IMG/VR virus record: IMGVR_UViG_3300037400_002094 | Coordinates: 1 to 64,000 of that record | DNA: 64,000 nt | Source: a virus | Taxonomy: Duplodnaviria > Caudoviricetes | Direction: 5' to 3' (one strand) | Part shown: positions 1 through 8,514 of the stretch, in pieces | Layout: every line of letters begins with the position of its first letter | Position numbering within the stretch: position 1 is the stretch's first letter | Translations under genes and position numbers: made by a program | Notes under the pieces: model-generated | Seen by the model: the letters and a program-made list of their open reading frames with translations, nothing else | Database searches by the model: none | What the model was told of the DNA's origin: nothing

Positions 1-103
1 GCTCTTGGGCAATTGCAGCCTTGCATTTGTCCTCAGTGTCGAAGTAGTTCATAAGAGAAATCTCTGACTTGAAATGTGTAAAGTTGATGTGCATCTGTTC
101 CAT
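1..103 (-). CDS. IS1595-family transposase, N-terminal part (runs off the window edge)
   Basis: Not in ORF track. ATG at 103 gives MEQMHINFTHFKSEISLMNYFDTEDKCKAAIAQE, resembling the 'F.TEE.C...L...RW' helix that precedes the Zn ribbon of IS1595 transposases. TATATTTG promoter box at 138-131. Confidence 0.7.
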   Translation of the reverse strand, partial: MEQMHINFTHFKSEISLMNYFDTEDKCKAAIAQE

Positions 104-316
104 AACGTCTTTTTTGCTTAAAATCTACTACAAATATACGATTTTTCAAGTGGCACGCCCTCATTCTTATACATATAAGTTGACAAAAATTGAAGAATTT
201 TAAAATTCATTTTTACAAAGTAAAAATGCTTATGAAATATTGTGGTAAAAAGAAAATACAAAAGTTTTTGCGCTTATCTATTGAATTGTTTTTGAAAATT
301 CTTAGTATTTATAAAG

Positions 317-347
317 AAAAACCTCCCTATTGCAGTAGGGAGGAAAA
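317..347 (-). terminator. Intrinsic terminator
   Basis: CCTCCCTA/TAGGGAGG stem followed by a T run on the minus strand. Confidence 0.7.
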
Positions 348-374
348 GCGACTTATTGCCGCTTTTTACACGGC

Positions 375-470
375 TTAGTAAGCCTTACTTTTGTAGTTCA
401 TCAAGAACCACTGACGCTTGAGCAATCTCTGTACTCTTTCGTCAAATTTTTCAAAATGTATTTTGCCCAT
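375..470 (-). CDS. 31-aa basic peptide (MGKIHFEKFDERVQRLLKRQWFLMNYKSKAY)
   Basis: Lies between promoter box TAATTTTG (584-577) and terminator hairpin CCTCCCTA-TAGGGAGG-T5 (343-317); A-rich context before ATG. Confidence 0.45.
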   Translation of the reverse strand: MGKIHFEKFDERVQRLLKRQWFLMNYKSKAY

Positions 471-576
471 TTTTACTAAATTTAGAGCTGTGACCTACGT
501 CACTTATTTTTGCAGCCTTTCGACTACACAACCGCTAGCAACCCATTATCTATGAATGGACTAGTTGCTGCAAGGG

Positions 577-625
577 CAAAATTACAAAAAATCCACTGAG
601 GTGTCACATTTCTCAGTGGATTTTT
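577..625 (-). promoter_or_regulatory. Hairpin + Bacteroidota-type promoter cassette
   Basis: CCACTGAG...CTCAGTGG stem with TGTG in the loop, 20 nt upstream of TAATTTTG. A second copy lies at 712-760. Confidence 0.6.
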
Positions 626-808
626 AACTTTAATTGTATATTTATTCAAAATGGGACGTTACTGCCAACAGGTATATCGTTCCCTATTATTATACTACCG
701 AAGCAGTGCGGCAAAATTACAAAATCCCACTGAGAATTCTTTATTTCTCAGTGGGATTTAACTTTATTTGAAAAAATTTGGGTCAACTTCTATGTTATTG
801 TCCTTTTT

Positions 809-3800
809 TTATCCTTCAGCGTTTTCAATAAAGCTGTACATTATATCATCAAATACATATCCACCTGTTGAAGGTGTTCTCTCTGGCATCTTCTTGAAAT
901 AGAGCCTCATATCAGAACCAAGCGTCATAATACTTGAAATAGAACTTGGTAATTTACCATCTTCTTCAAATGCATTGACATCTGCATCTGTGAGTTCATT
1001 GAGGGCATCAAGGTATTTCTTATTCTCAAGCTGATATACATAGTCATTTTCAGCCTCCTTGGTCTTCTTCAAGTTTGCTACGAGACTATCCCAATCAATG
1101 TTACATTCCTTGACGAACGGAGGCACTTCATTGATACTTGTCCAGAATTCGATTTCCTTTCTCTCTGGGGTCATCAGAGCTTCGAAGGTATCCTGGTCTT
1201 CTGGCTTGTTAGGATAGCCACTGACGAGCTTAGATTCCTGTTCTGTGAAGAATTTCCTATCCTTAGGGTCTGTAACGAGAATCTTATCCCTAATATCTGG
1301 ATGGAAGCACACAAGCAATGGAGTAATACGCTTATTGAATTGGTCAATATATTTCTCTACATTGTATTCAAGACCCTCGTAGTCACTACAAAGCACATCC
1401 TCTTCACTATCCACAATGTCGTTAGGAACTAGCTTACAGTTGAGAATTATTTCATCTTCCTCGTAAGCCTTTGGATAAGCTTCTTTAGCAAGTTCAAGTC
1501 TTGTCTTGCCCTTCTGCTCCTTATAAAGTTTCTCGACCTCCTTTGTAATCTCTACCTTTTCACCATTATCATCAAATGTGAAATAGTGGGTTACGCGCTT
1601 AACGTCTGAATGACCCTTCTTAGTACCAGTATTGATGTAATAGATGGTATCACTTACATTAACCTTTACATTCTCCTTTATTACAAGCTCATACCAAGCC
1701 TGTCTTGACTTCTTGCTACCAGACTTTGTAAGGGTGTTACAATCTGCAATGTAATCCTTGATTGTCTTCTTGATATTACCCTTCGATGCAATATCCTTAA
1801 TAGGAATCTGATAGTTGTAAATCTTCTCGATGTAGTCGTAGTAGTTAGACAGGAACTTGTAACCATTATTCCTAAGCAACAGGTCTACGCCATCGTCGAT
1901 AAACTTCTCCAGGTAGCCAGACATCTTCCTTGACTTGATGGTGTTACCCACCTTTTTAGTTTTACCACTTGGCATAAGGTCTGCGTAGTTCTTTCTAGCG
2001 AAGTTAATGGTTGCATCACAGTACTCATCAATGCCAAGACCCATCTTGTTTACACCACCGTTGTAAGCCTGTGCCATGAACAAGTCCTCAAACTCAGCCA
2101 CATCAGCCTCAACTCTAGTATATTCCTTACCCTTGACAGTGTTACGACCAAGACCCTTACCAATATAAGGATGGTCTGCTGTATATCTGAAATCTTCCTC
2201 TCTTGGCATCTGGAAGTTGAAACCGTCGGTGTCACCAACAATAGGTGTATATCCAATGCCTGTGAAGTGGTAAATCATAAGTCTCAGTGACATACGACCA
2301 ATACAGGTGGTCTTCTCAGCAGCGATAACGTCTCCGTATGGGAATATGTTAGGTGCTCCATAAGAGCCGAAGAATGAGTTGGCGAGAATCTTCAAAGGCA
2401 ACTGCTTCTTATCGTTACCAGATTTCTCAATCTTCCAGTGCTGTATCTCTTCTGCCAGCTTCTTCTTAAACATTTCATCCTGTCCATCATATGCTTTCAA
2501 CTGCTTCTCCAGTTCCTTAGCCTTGTCTCCAGCCTCTCCCTTTAAGTTTTTGTACTTCTCACGCTGTGTTAGGATGTATTCAAGGAATGAAAGCATTACG
2601 TTCATTGTATCAATAGGTGTAGATACATGCCATGTAAGAATAATTGATGGATACAAGGAATTGTAGTCAAGCTTCACTATACGGTCAACATATCCAGTCT
2701 TAAGAAGCCTTGACAAGCCACCAGTGAACCTCTTGTTAGGTGCTGCTGCTGGGATGGCTAGGTTGTTTTCATAACCCCACGCAAGCATAATGAGCTTCCA
2801 TATACCTGCTGTACCCATTGTACAAGCCCTAGAGAATGTTGTAGGCAACATCTTACCTACCAGGAAGTTAGACTCATTAAGCTTATCTTCCACTTTATCG
2901 GTTTCCCATAGGTCATCCAAAAGGTATCTCTCAACGATATACCTACCAGAAACCATCTTATATCCTGGAAGAAGCTTGTGTTTCTCAGTTACTAAATACC
3001 AGTCTCCATCCTCATCACAGAAACCGTATTTCTCTTCAGTTACAGCCCAAGTTTTTGTAATCTTGTCACCTGGAACATATACACGGTTTGGCTTCTTCAA
3101 GTCAAGGTATTTGGTAACATATTTCAAGTTTGATTTCTTCATGTTAGAGTCGATAGCCTGTGCTCTTCTTGAAGCATGAAGTGAATCAAGAATGATGTGA
3201 CCCCACATGACTGTTGGACGGTAGTACTCTACCTCTCCACCAAGTTTAAGAACCGACTCTTTCTGTTTCTTGTAGATAGGGTGCTTGAAGTACTTTAAAC
3301 TCATTTCCTTAAAGTCCGCACCAAGTTCTTCGCATCTTACAATAAGAAAGTCCCAGTCAAAGTTCTCTGAGTTGTGGCCTACAACTGTATCTGGTTTTGT
3401 AATTGACAATATGTAAAGAAACATGTCAATCGCATTAAGCTCACTGGCATCAAGTTCCTCCTTGGTATTACCAGTAACCGAAATGATTTTATCAAAGCCC
3501 TTGTTGGTATGGATTCCAATCTGTTCAATTCTATGTATTCTTGGGTTAAGCCCCTGTGTTTCAAGGTCGAAGATAAATCTGTTCAAGTCATTATAGTTCT
3601 CATAACCCTTAAACAGTCTCTTACCAGTCTGAATCATGTACTGTTCCACAGGAGTAACAACCATGTATTCTCTGTTGGTATCACCAGTTTGTCCGTTTTT
3701 CTTCGACTCATGGACTGGAACTCCAGCGTCCTTGAAAAAGCTGAGGAACTTCTGGTAACTCATTCTCCTGTTCGCATAGAACATGTACTTGTAGCCATTC

Positions 3801-4102
3801 TCCAGGCGGTCACTGACGTTACCATCATCCGAAGTTGTAAGTTTTTTACAGGATATACCACATCTTCTCATCTGAGAGATAAGTTCTTTCCTGTCACCGC
3901 CAAATAATCTGATTGCTGCGCTGTTTTTGCACCACAAAAACGGCTTAAAATCGTCCAATCTGACCCTTTTTTCTCCTTTGTCGTTCACAAAAACAATACT
4001 TACCCTATCGTCCTGGTAATCACATTCTATCGTAATGATGTGCTCCATTGGGTCGTGTCCGTTAAGGAAAGTATTAACGACCTCTGATGTAATTTGTTTC
4101 AT
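809..4102 (-). CDS. Family B DNA polymerase
   Basis: ExoI FDLET, ExoII HNSENFD, region II DYNSLYPS, region III KILANSFFG, catalytic GDTDG. Confidence 0.97.
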   Translation of the reverse strand: MKQITSEVVNTFLNGHDPMEHIITIECDYQDDRVSIVFVNDKGEKRVRLDDFKPFLWCKNSAAIRLFGGDRKELISQMRRCGISCKKLTTSDDGNVSDRLENGYKYMFYANRRMSYQKFLSFFKDAGVPVHESKKNGQTGDTNREYMVVTPVEQYMIQTGKRLFKGYENYNDLNRFIFDLETQGLNPRIHRIEQIGIHTNKGFDKIISVTGNTKEELDASELNAIDMFLYILSITKPDTVVGHNSENFDWDFLIVRCEELGADFKEMSLKYFKHPIYKKQKESVLKLGGEVEYYRPTVMWGHIILDSLHASRRAQAIDSNMKKSNLKYVTKYLDLKKPNRVYVPGDKITKTWAVTEEKYGFCDEDGDWYLVTEKHKLLPGYKMVSGRYIVERYLLDDLWETDKVEDKLNESNFLVGKMLPTTFSRACTMGTAGIWKLIMLAWGYENNLAIPAAAPNKRFTGGLSRLLKTGYVDRIVKLDYNSLYPSIILTWHVSTPIDTMNVMLSFLEYILTQREKYKNLKGEAGDKAKELEKQLKAYDGQDEMFKKKLAEEIQHWKIEKSGNDKKQLPLKILANSFFGSYGAPNIFPYGDVIAAEKTTCIGRMSLRLMIYHFTGIGYTPIVGDTDGFNFQMPREEDFRYTADHPYIGKGLGRNTVKGKEYTRVEADVAEFEDLFMAQAYNGGVNKMGLGIDEYCDATINFARKNYADLMPSGKTKKVGNTIKSRKMSGYLEKFIDDGVDLLLRNNGYKFLSNYYDYIEKIYNYQIPIKDIASKGNIKKTIKDYIADCNTLTKSGSKKSRQAWYELVIKENVKVNVSDTIYYINTGTKKGHSDVKRVTHYFTFDDNGEKVEITKEVEKLYKEQKGKTRLELAKEAYPKAYEEDEIILNCKLVPNDIVDSEEDVLCSDYEGLEYNVEKYIDQFNKRITPLLVCFHPDIRDKILVTDPKDRKFFTEQESKLVSGYPNKPEDQDTFEALMTPERKEIEFWTSINEVPPFVKECNIDWDSLVANLKKTKEAENDYVYQLENKKYLDALNELTDADVNAFEEDGKLPSSISSIMTLGSDMRLYFKKMPERTPSTGGYVFDDIMYSFIENAEG

Positions 4103-4164
4103 ATAAATAATTGTTAAGTTAATTGAAGTTGTAGACTACATTGTATAGTCATCGCTTCATATTG

Positions 4165-4222
4165 CAAAGATATATAAAAAAAGTAAAAAAAACAAATTAT
4201 TCGCTAAAAAAAATCTATTTAT
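4165..4222. promoter_or_regulatory. Divergent promoter pair: sigmaA-type box leftward (TATCTTTG 4172-4165), late motif rightward (TATTTAT 4216-4222)
   Basis: The same arrangement recurs at 8010-8066, 14466-14532, 16009-16075 and 23635-23703. Confidence 0.65.
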
Positions 4223-4259
4223 TGATGATAATTATGTTATAATATGAAAATAGCTTACT

Positions 4260-6170
4260 ATGAGATTGAATGTGAACGATAATCCTAAAAAGATATATGT
4301 TAATGAAAGTAAATTGTGTATTATAGGGGAAAACCTGGAAGGCGAGGGTGTGAAATTCTCACCACCTACTAATAACAGTCCATATATAGATACAAGGATT
4401 GAACCTATAAAATTAGATAGAAAATCTTCCAGCAACACTGACGCTGCTAATAAAGTTGCGGACACCAGGTTTTTTGGTAATAAAAACAATATTCTCTATG
4501 GTGACGGTACACTTGGTGGAAAGTCTTACAGCTTGTATGATATTATTGAGAATTTGAAGGTTCTTATTGATGTGTACAATAGTGCGATACAATCTGTTAA
4601 AAATGGTAAGAGATATGAGCCTATTCTGACAGATTGTCCACAGAGGACACGTGACGCGATAATAAACAACATGCTCAACCAGAAGTTAACGGATGAGCAG
4701 TTGATTGAATATTTCTCAAACAGGATATACCAATTCAGTAAGCAGTATGATATGTCCATTTCAAAGTATAAAAGGGCAAAGAGGATGAAAGACCCCGATA
4801 AATTGATACCTAGATATGATGTAGGTGTTGTGCCAGGAACTGACGTTAAGGTAATTGCCCTATTTAAGTTTAGAGACTTCAACTTTAGTGATGCAATTAA
4901 GAATGGCGAGTTGAGACAAACTAAGGACACAGACAGCATGCTTGGCATAACAGACTTTAGGAAAGAAAGAGAGAAAAATGACAAGTTATATGGTAAGGGG
5001 AATGGAACGAACAAGAAGTTAAGTACTACCTATGATAACGGAACGGTTACACCAGACATTGCTACTAACTTCTCATTGAATGGTATTAATGTAGATACTA
5101 ATGACCCATCAAGTTTAGTTCATTTTAAACAACAGTTTAAATCCAGGAATGCATATAATTCTGAGGACGCATACAATGCTGATTCTAAGCAGGGCTATAA
5201 TTCAATAACTCAGTTTATGGACAAGTCCATACTTGCAGCTAACTATGCTTTGAAAAATGAGGGTATAAAGGTTGACTATATCATACCAGCACCATCTTCA
5301 TCAAAATTTAACAAGTATTATTGCTTCAATCTTTCTCAGAAGCTTGGTGTACCATGTAATTTCAATTTCTTCAGCAGAAACCTTCTGAATGTACAACTTG
5401 ATGAGGGTATATATAATGCTGGACTTACGGATAAGATTATAAATGATACGAAGAGGATAATCAAGGATGCGGCACTTACAGAAGTTTCTTCATACCTTAT
5501 GAAGACAGTGAAAGATTTCGTGGCTGAGAACTTTGATGTATTAGGTAATATATCTGTAGAGCCTCATAGCAGAGAGAAGGCTAGTTTCGGGCTTGTTTGT
5601 GAGTTTTTAAAGCATTACTCATATTATGGATTAGTAAACATATACAAGAAGAACCCAAAGACAAGTAACCTTCATATGTATCTTGTTAATCACTTCATGG
5701 ATTATACAACCATAAAGAAAGCCAAAAATATAAATGTAGAGCATATATTAAGCCAGATAATGTTTGTAATCAGAACTAAGATAAGTAAACCTTACCAAGA
5801 AATGCTGAAAAAGATTGATTATGACATTTGGAAATACCAGGACTATTTCAAGGGCGAGAACGGTGGATGGAAACTTAGCTATTGTAAGAAATTCAAGATA
5901 ACTGATATAGACAAGAAGGCAAGACAGTTTGTCAAGAATGCCTATGTGGTTTCAGATTCTGAAATGGACGAGGACGGACATCTATTCGAACGCTATAAGA
6001 ACGCTCACTTCCTAATCGTTGATGAAGACATGAACAGTGGAGGTACTCTTATGCTTCTTATAAATGCCCTCAAAGACCAACTTGTAGGACATGTTGGAAG
6101 AAGGGGAAGATACGCCAATATAAAGAGTGACCAGATAACGTGCCTGGTAAATGGATATACTCTGGTATAA
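4260..6170 (+). CDS. Phosphoribosyltransferase-domain protein with N-terminal leader motif
   Basis: IIPAPSSSKFN and PRPP-binding loop LIVDEDMNSGGTL; N-terminal KKIYVNESKL. Confidence 0.65.
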   Translation: MRLNVNDNPKKIYVNESKLCIIGENLEGEGVKFSPPTNNSPYIDTRIEPIKLDRKSSSNTDAANKVADTRFFGNKNNILYGDGTLGGKSYSLYDIIENLKVLIDVYNSAIQSVKNGKRYEPILTDCPQRTRDAIINNMLNQKLTDEQLIEYFSNRIYQFSKQYDMSISKYKRAKRMKDPDKLIPRYDVGVVPGTDVKVIALFKFRDFNFSDAIKNGELRQTKDTDSMLGITDFRKEREKNDKLYGKGNGTNKKLSTTYDNGTVTPDIATNFSLNGINVDTNDPSSLVHFKQQFKSRNAYNSEDAYNADSKQGYNSITQFMDKSILAANYALKNEGIKVDYIIPAPSSSKFNKYYCFNLSQKLGVPCNFNFFSRNLLNVQLDEGIYNAGLTDKIINDTKRIIKDAALTEVSSYLMKTVKDFVAENFDVLGNISVEPHSREKASFGLVCEFLKHYSYYGLVNIYKKNPKTSNLHMYLVNHFMDYTTIKKAKNINVEHILSQIMFVIRTKISKPYQEMLKKIDYDIWKYQDYFKGENGGWKLSYCKKFKITDIDKKARQFVKNAYVVSDSEMDEDGHLFERYKNAHFLIVDEDMNSGGTLMLLINALKDQLVGHVGRRGRYANIKSDQITCLVNGYTLV

Positions 6171-6173
6171 AAC

Positions 6174-6210
6174 AATAAAAGCAGCCATACACAGGCTGCT
6201 TTTTTATTTT
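6174..6210. terminator. Bidirectional terminator between convergent genes
   Basis: AAAAGCAGCC-atacaca-GGCTGCTTTT. Confidence 0.8.
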
Positions 6211-6533
6211 TAGTGGAATCTTTCCAGCTTATTATAGTCACCGAAAAGTATTCCATCTTTGAAATATCTATCAAATGCCTTTTTTTTGCGCTTGATTGAC
6301 AAGTCCATTACGCTTGTCACAATAGCTCTTCCGCAGTCACGTCCACGTCCATATGTATTAATGAACTCCTCTGCTTTTTCCTTGTCCATGTTAAAGCCTA
6401 CTAACTTGTAATCAGTAGGCAACACGTCATCTTCCACGTCGATATCAACCGTACAGAATGTTCTGTCAGTTTCACCAGCTTCCACCTTTTTAATCCATTC
6501 GTCGTACAGACGTTCCAATTCTTCTCTTCTCAT
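6210..6533 (-). CDS. Hypothetical protein
   Basis: 107-aa ORF, phage-like codon usage, 2 nt from the upstream gene. Confidence 0.75.
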   Translation of the reverse strand: MRREELERLYDEWIKKVEAGETDRTFCTVDIDVEDDVLPTDYKLVGFNMDKEKAEEFINTYGRGRDCGRAIVTSVMDLSIKRKKKAFDRYFKDGILFGDYNKLERFH

Positions 6534-6535
6534 AC

Positions 6536-6766
6536 TTAACCGATTTTTTGTTTCACTCTATCCTTAATCATTTTCTTGAAGTCATGCACTTCCTTGTCAG
6601 TGGCGCGACGTATTGTGTCGTACTTAGGTTTAAGTCCAAGTCTGAAACCAGTCTGGAATGCAGCCTCAGATGCCTGTGTTGTGGTCTTTGCAGAAATAAT
6701 TCTTGCTACAATGTTACCTTCCTTGTCTTCAAAATCGCAAGACCAAAACGGTTGAATTTTATTCAT
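6536..6766 (-). CDS. Hypothetical protein
   Basis: 76-aa ORF behind promoter box TACTTTTG (6790-6783). Confidence 0.75.
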   Translation of the reverse strand: MNKIQPFWSCDFEDKEGNIVARIISAKTTTQASEAAFQTGFRLGLKPKYDTIRRATDKEVHDFKKMIKDRVKQKIG

Positions 6767-6843
6767 AATTACTCTTTTTTTGCAAAAGTAGATATTTATT
6801 TTTAAATAGCCAAATTTAAGCTTAAAATTTAACTTTTTTTTTA

Positions 6844-7446
6844 ATGAAAAAAATACTGATTAGTGAATCTCAATATAGGAGAATACTTATAGAAGAAGAA
6901 CCAGCACAAGTTGTAAGAGGTGTCATATTCGACTTCGACTATACATTGTTTAATACGGATGGTGTACAGGAGGCAAGAAGTATTGCAAAGCATACAAAGG
7001 GTACTCCTAAGCAGAAGGCATTAGCATGGGAGGAGGCTTATAAACAAGTTGGTAAGTGTGTACCATATAGCGGAATAAAGGAGTTGCTTTCCTATCTCCA
7101 GGAGAACGGCATCCCTTGCTGTGTAGTGTCAATGTGCAAACCAGAGTTCGTTACAAGGACATTGGAAGCTTTTGGATTGCCTGGAATGCCTGTATATGGA
7201 GCAAGTCGCCCATATATGCCTAAGAGCAAGGGAATGGGCAAGTTTGTCGCAAGTATAGGTGCTAGACCAGAGGAATGTCTTAGTATTGGAGACAGGCAGA
7301 GTGATGGTGCTGAATCACAGAAAGCTGGGGTTAATTTCCTTGGATGCTCCTGGGGAAATGGTCATGATAATGACAATATTACTAACGGTATGAAATCACC
7401 TGTAGAAGTGATAAAATACATAGAGTCAGTAAATAAAGGAAGGTAG
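6844..7446 (+). CDS. HAD-superfamily phosphatase (Gph-like) with N-terminal leader
   Basis: Motif I FDFDYTL, motif II VVS, motif IV IGDRQSD; leader MKKILISESQYRRILIEE. Confidence 0.88.
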   Translation: MKKILISESQYRRILIEEEPAQVVRGVIFDFDYTLFNTDGVQEARSIAKHTKGTPKQKALAWEEAYKQVGKCVPYSGIKELLSYLQENGIPCCVVSMCKPEFVTRTLEAFGLPGMPVYGASRPYMPKSKGMGKFVASIGARPEECLSIGDRQSDGAESQKAGVNFLGCSWGNGHDNDNITNGMKSPVEVIKYIESVNKGR

Positions 7447-7454
7447 TCAATTGG

Positions 7455-7967
7455 CTACCTTCTTTCAGTTCTAACATGTCTCATTTCGCCGCCATCCAAT
7501 GAATAGACATATGCTGTCTTTGGTGCAGATGGTCTGTATACGTACACTTCCTTCTTGTCTGGGTACACAACGGAAATAGTCTTGTTATTCTTAGCCGCCA
7601 TGCTGATACCGCATCCAATTCCATTGTTCTTCAAGTCGTAGTCATAGACGAAAATAACGTGGTCTGACTTAGAAATGAACCTATTCTTTTCTGGCTTTAG
7701 AACCTGGTAATAGAAATGCTTCCAATTACCGTTAGCCATACACTCTCGCTTGATGCCAGCGAACTTCTCATCTGGAAACCAGTCTTCAATCTTAAAGCCG
7801 TTCTCTACTGCATACCGCATACAGGTATTGTCTCCAGTCTCTCCAGTAGTGACGAAGAACGTTGTATTCTCCTTGTCACAAGTGCTTGTGATTTTGTCGC
7901 AAACAACCTTCAAAAGCTCATAATCATTAAAATCTTTATAAGCCGCAAGATAGATATTAGTATCCAT
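7455..7967 (-). CDS. SLOG-fold (DUF2493/YspA-like) protein, divergent
   Basis: YKDFNDYELLK, TGETGDNTCMRYA, SDHVIFVYD...G...I..A pattern. Confidence 0.55.
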   Translation of the reverse strand: MDTNIYLAAYKDFNDYELLKVVCDKITSTCDKENTTFFVTTGETGDNTCMRYAVENGFKIEDWFPDEKFAGIKRECMANGNWKHFYYQVLKPEKNRFISKSDHVIFVYDYDLKNNGIGCGISMAAKNNKTISVVYPDKKEVYVYRPSAPKTAYVYSLDGGEMRHVRTERR

Positions 7968-8085
7968 AATTACATTTGATTAAATTGTTAAAATAGCATT
8001 CTGATGGCGCAAAGATATGCAAAAAAAATGAAATAACCAAATATTTTAGCAAAAAAATCTATTTATTGGTGATAATTTAACATTT

Positions 8086-8256
8086 TCATCAATACTTGGA
8101 AGCGATAAAGATACTAGTGAGTTTTTATATGACAAAATTGGGCTAAAAGGACTTGTATGGGTAGAAACAAATGGTTCTACTGGAGAAAAATTCAAAAATT
8201 ATGTTATGTTTAATCCTAAGGACATAAAGATAATAAAAAAGGACTCAAACGTTTGA
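8086..8256 (+). pseudogene. Start-less 3' remnant of an ART-PolyVal-like (ADP-ribosyltransferase-like) gene
   Basis: Frame reads ILGSDKDTSEFLYDKIGLKGLVWVETNGSTGEKFKNYVMFNPKDIKIIKK. In-frame TAG at 8047 and no start codon before the conserved part. Confidence 0.5.
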
Positions 8257-8263
8257 GTCCTTT
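8238..8263. terminator. Palindromic terminator
   Basis: AAAGGACTCAAAC/GTTTGAGTCCTTT, a perfect palindrome between convergent units. Confidence 0.75.
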
Positions 8264-8459
8264 ATCTGTTTTCATAATAACGTTCATCAAAGTCGTCTGG
8301 TTCGTCACTTTCATCAGTACCGTCATTATAATCTGGGTGATTTGGATTCCAATCTTCTTCTCTCCACCACTCATGTCCACTTTCTCTTAGAATTTTGTTT
8401 ACTGATTCTTTCACGATTTTGTGAAGGTCACTTTCTGTAAGTCTTATAATCTTCTTCAT
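8262..8459 (-). CDS. Small acidic protein: leader motif plus short tail
   Basis: MKKIIRLTESDLHKIVKESVNKILRE followed by an acidic tail; late motif upstream. Confidence 0.8.
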   Translation of the reverse strand: MKKIIRLTESDLHKIVKESVNKILRESGHEWWREEDWNPNHPDYNDGTDESDEPDDFDERYYENR

Positions 8460-8481
8460 AATGTTTCTGTTTTTATATATA

Positions 8482-8493
8482 ATAAATATTTAT
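8482..8493. promoter_or_regulatory. Palindromic bidirectional late motif ATAAATATTTAT
   Basis: Two overlapping TATTTAT motifs between divergent genes starting at 8459 and 8515. Confidence 0.6.
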
Positions 8494-8514
8494 AGGAAAT
8501 AAAAACGTATAAAA

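Larger units (their letters stand above)
1..684 (-). mobile_element. Left part of a putative IS1595-like element; terminal IR at about 660-684
   Basis: Minus strand GGGAACGATATACCTGTTGGCA from 684 matches the IRs at 20526 and 22367. About 50 bp of subterminal similarity to 20526-20575. Transposase lies inward. Confidence 0.55.

Noticed and set aside
190-378. 62-aa ORF on the + strand
   Set aside because: TTG start, AT-rich, runs through a promoter motif and a terminator hairpin; likely spurious.
171-795. 14-bp inverted pair ACATATAAGTTGAC (171-184) / GTCAACTTCTATGT (782-795) as element ends
   Set aside because: Short, one mismatch, no target duplication. The 171-184 copy could still be an inner IS end, but this cannot be tested without the other end.
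4260-6170. NARP1/NARP2 component
   Set aside because: Only a generic PRTase loop is recognisable; no PRPP-synthetase-like or Nampt-like architecture and no partner gene.
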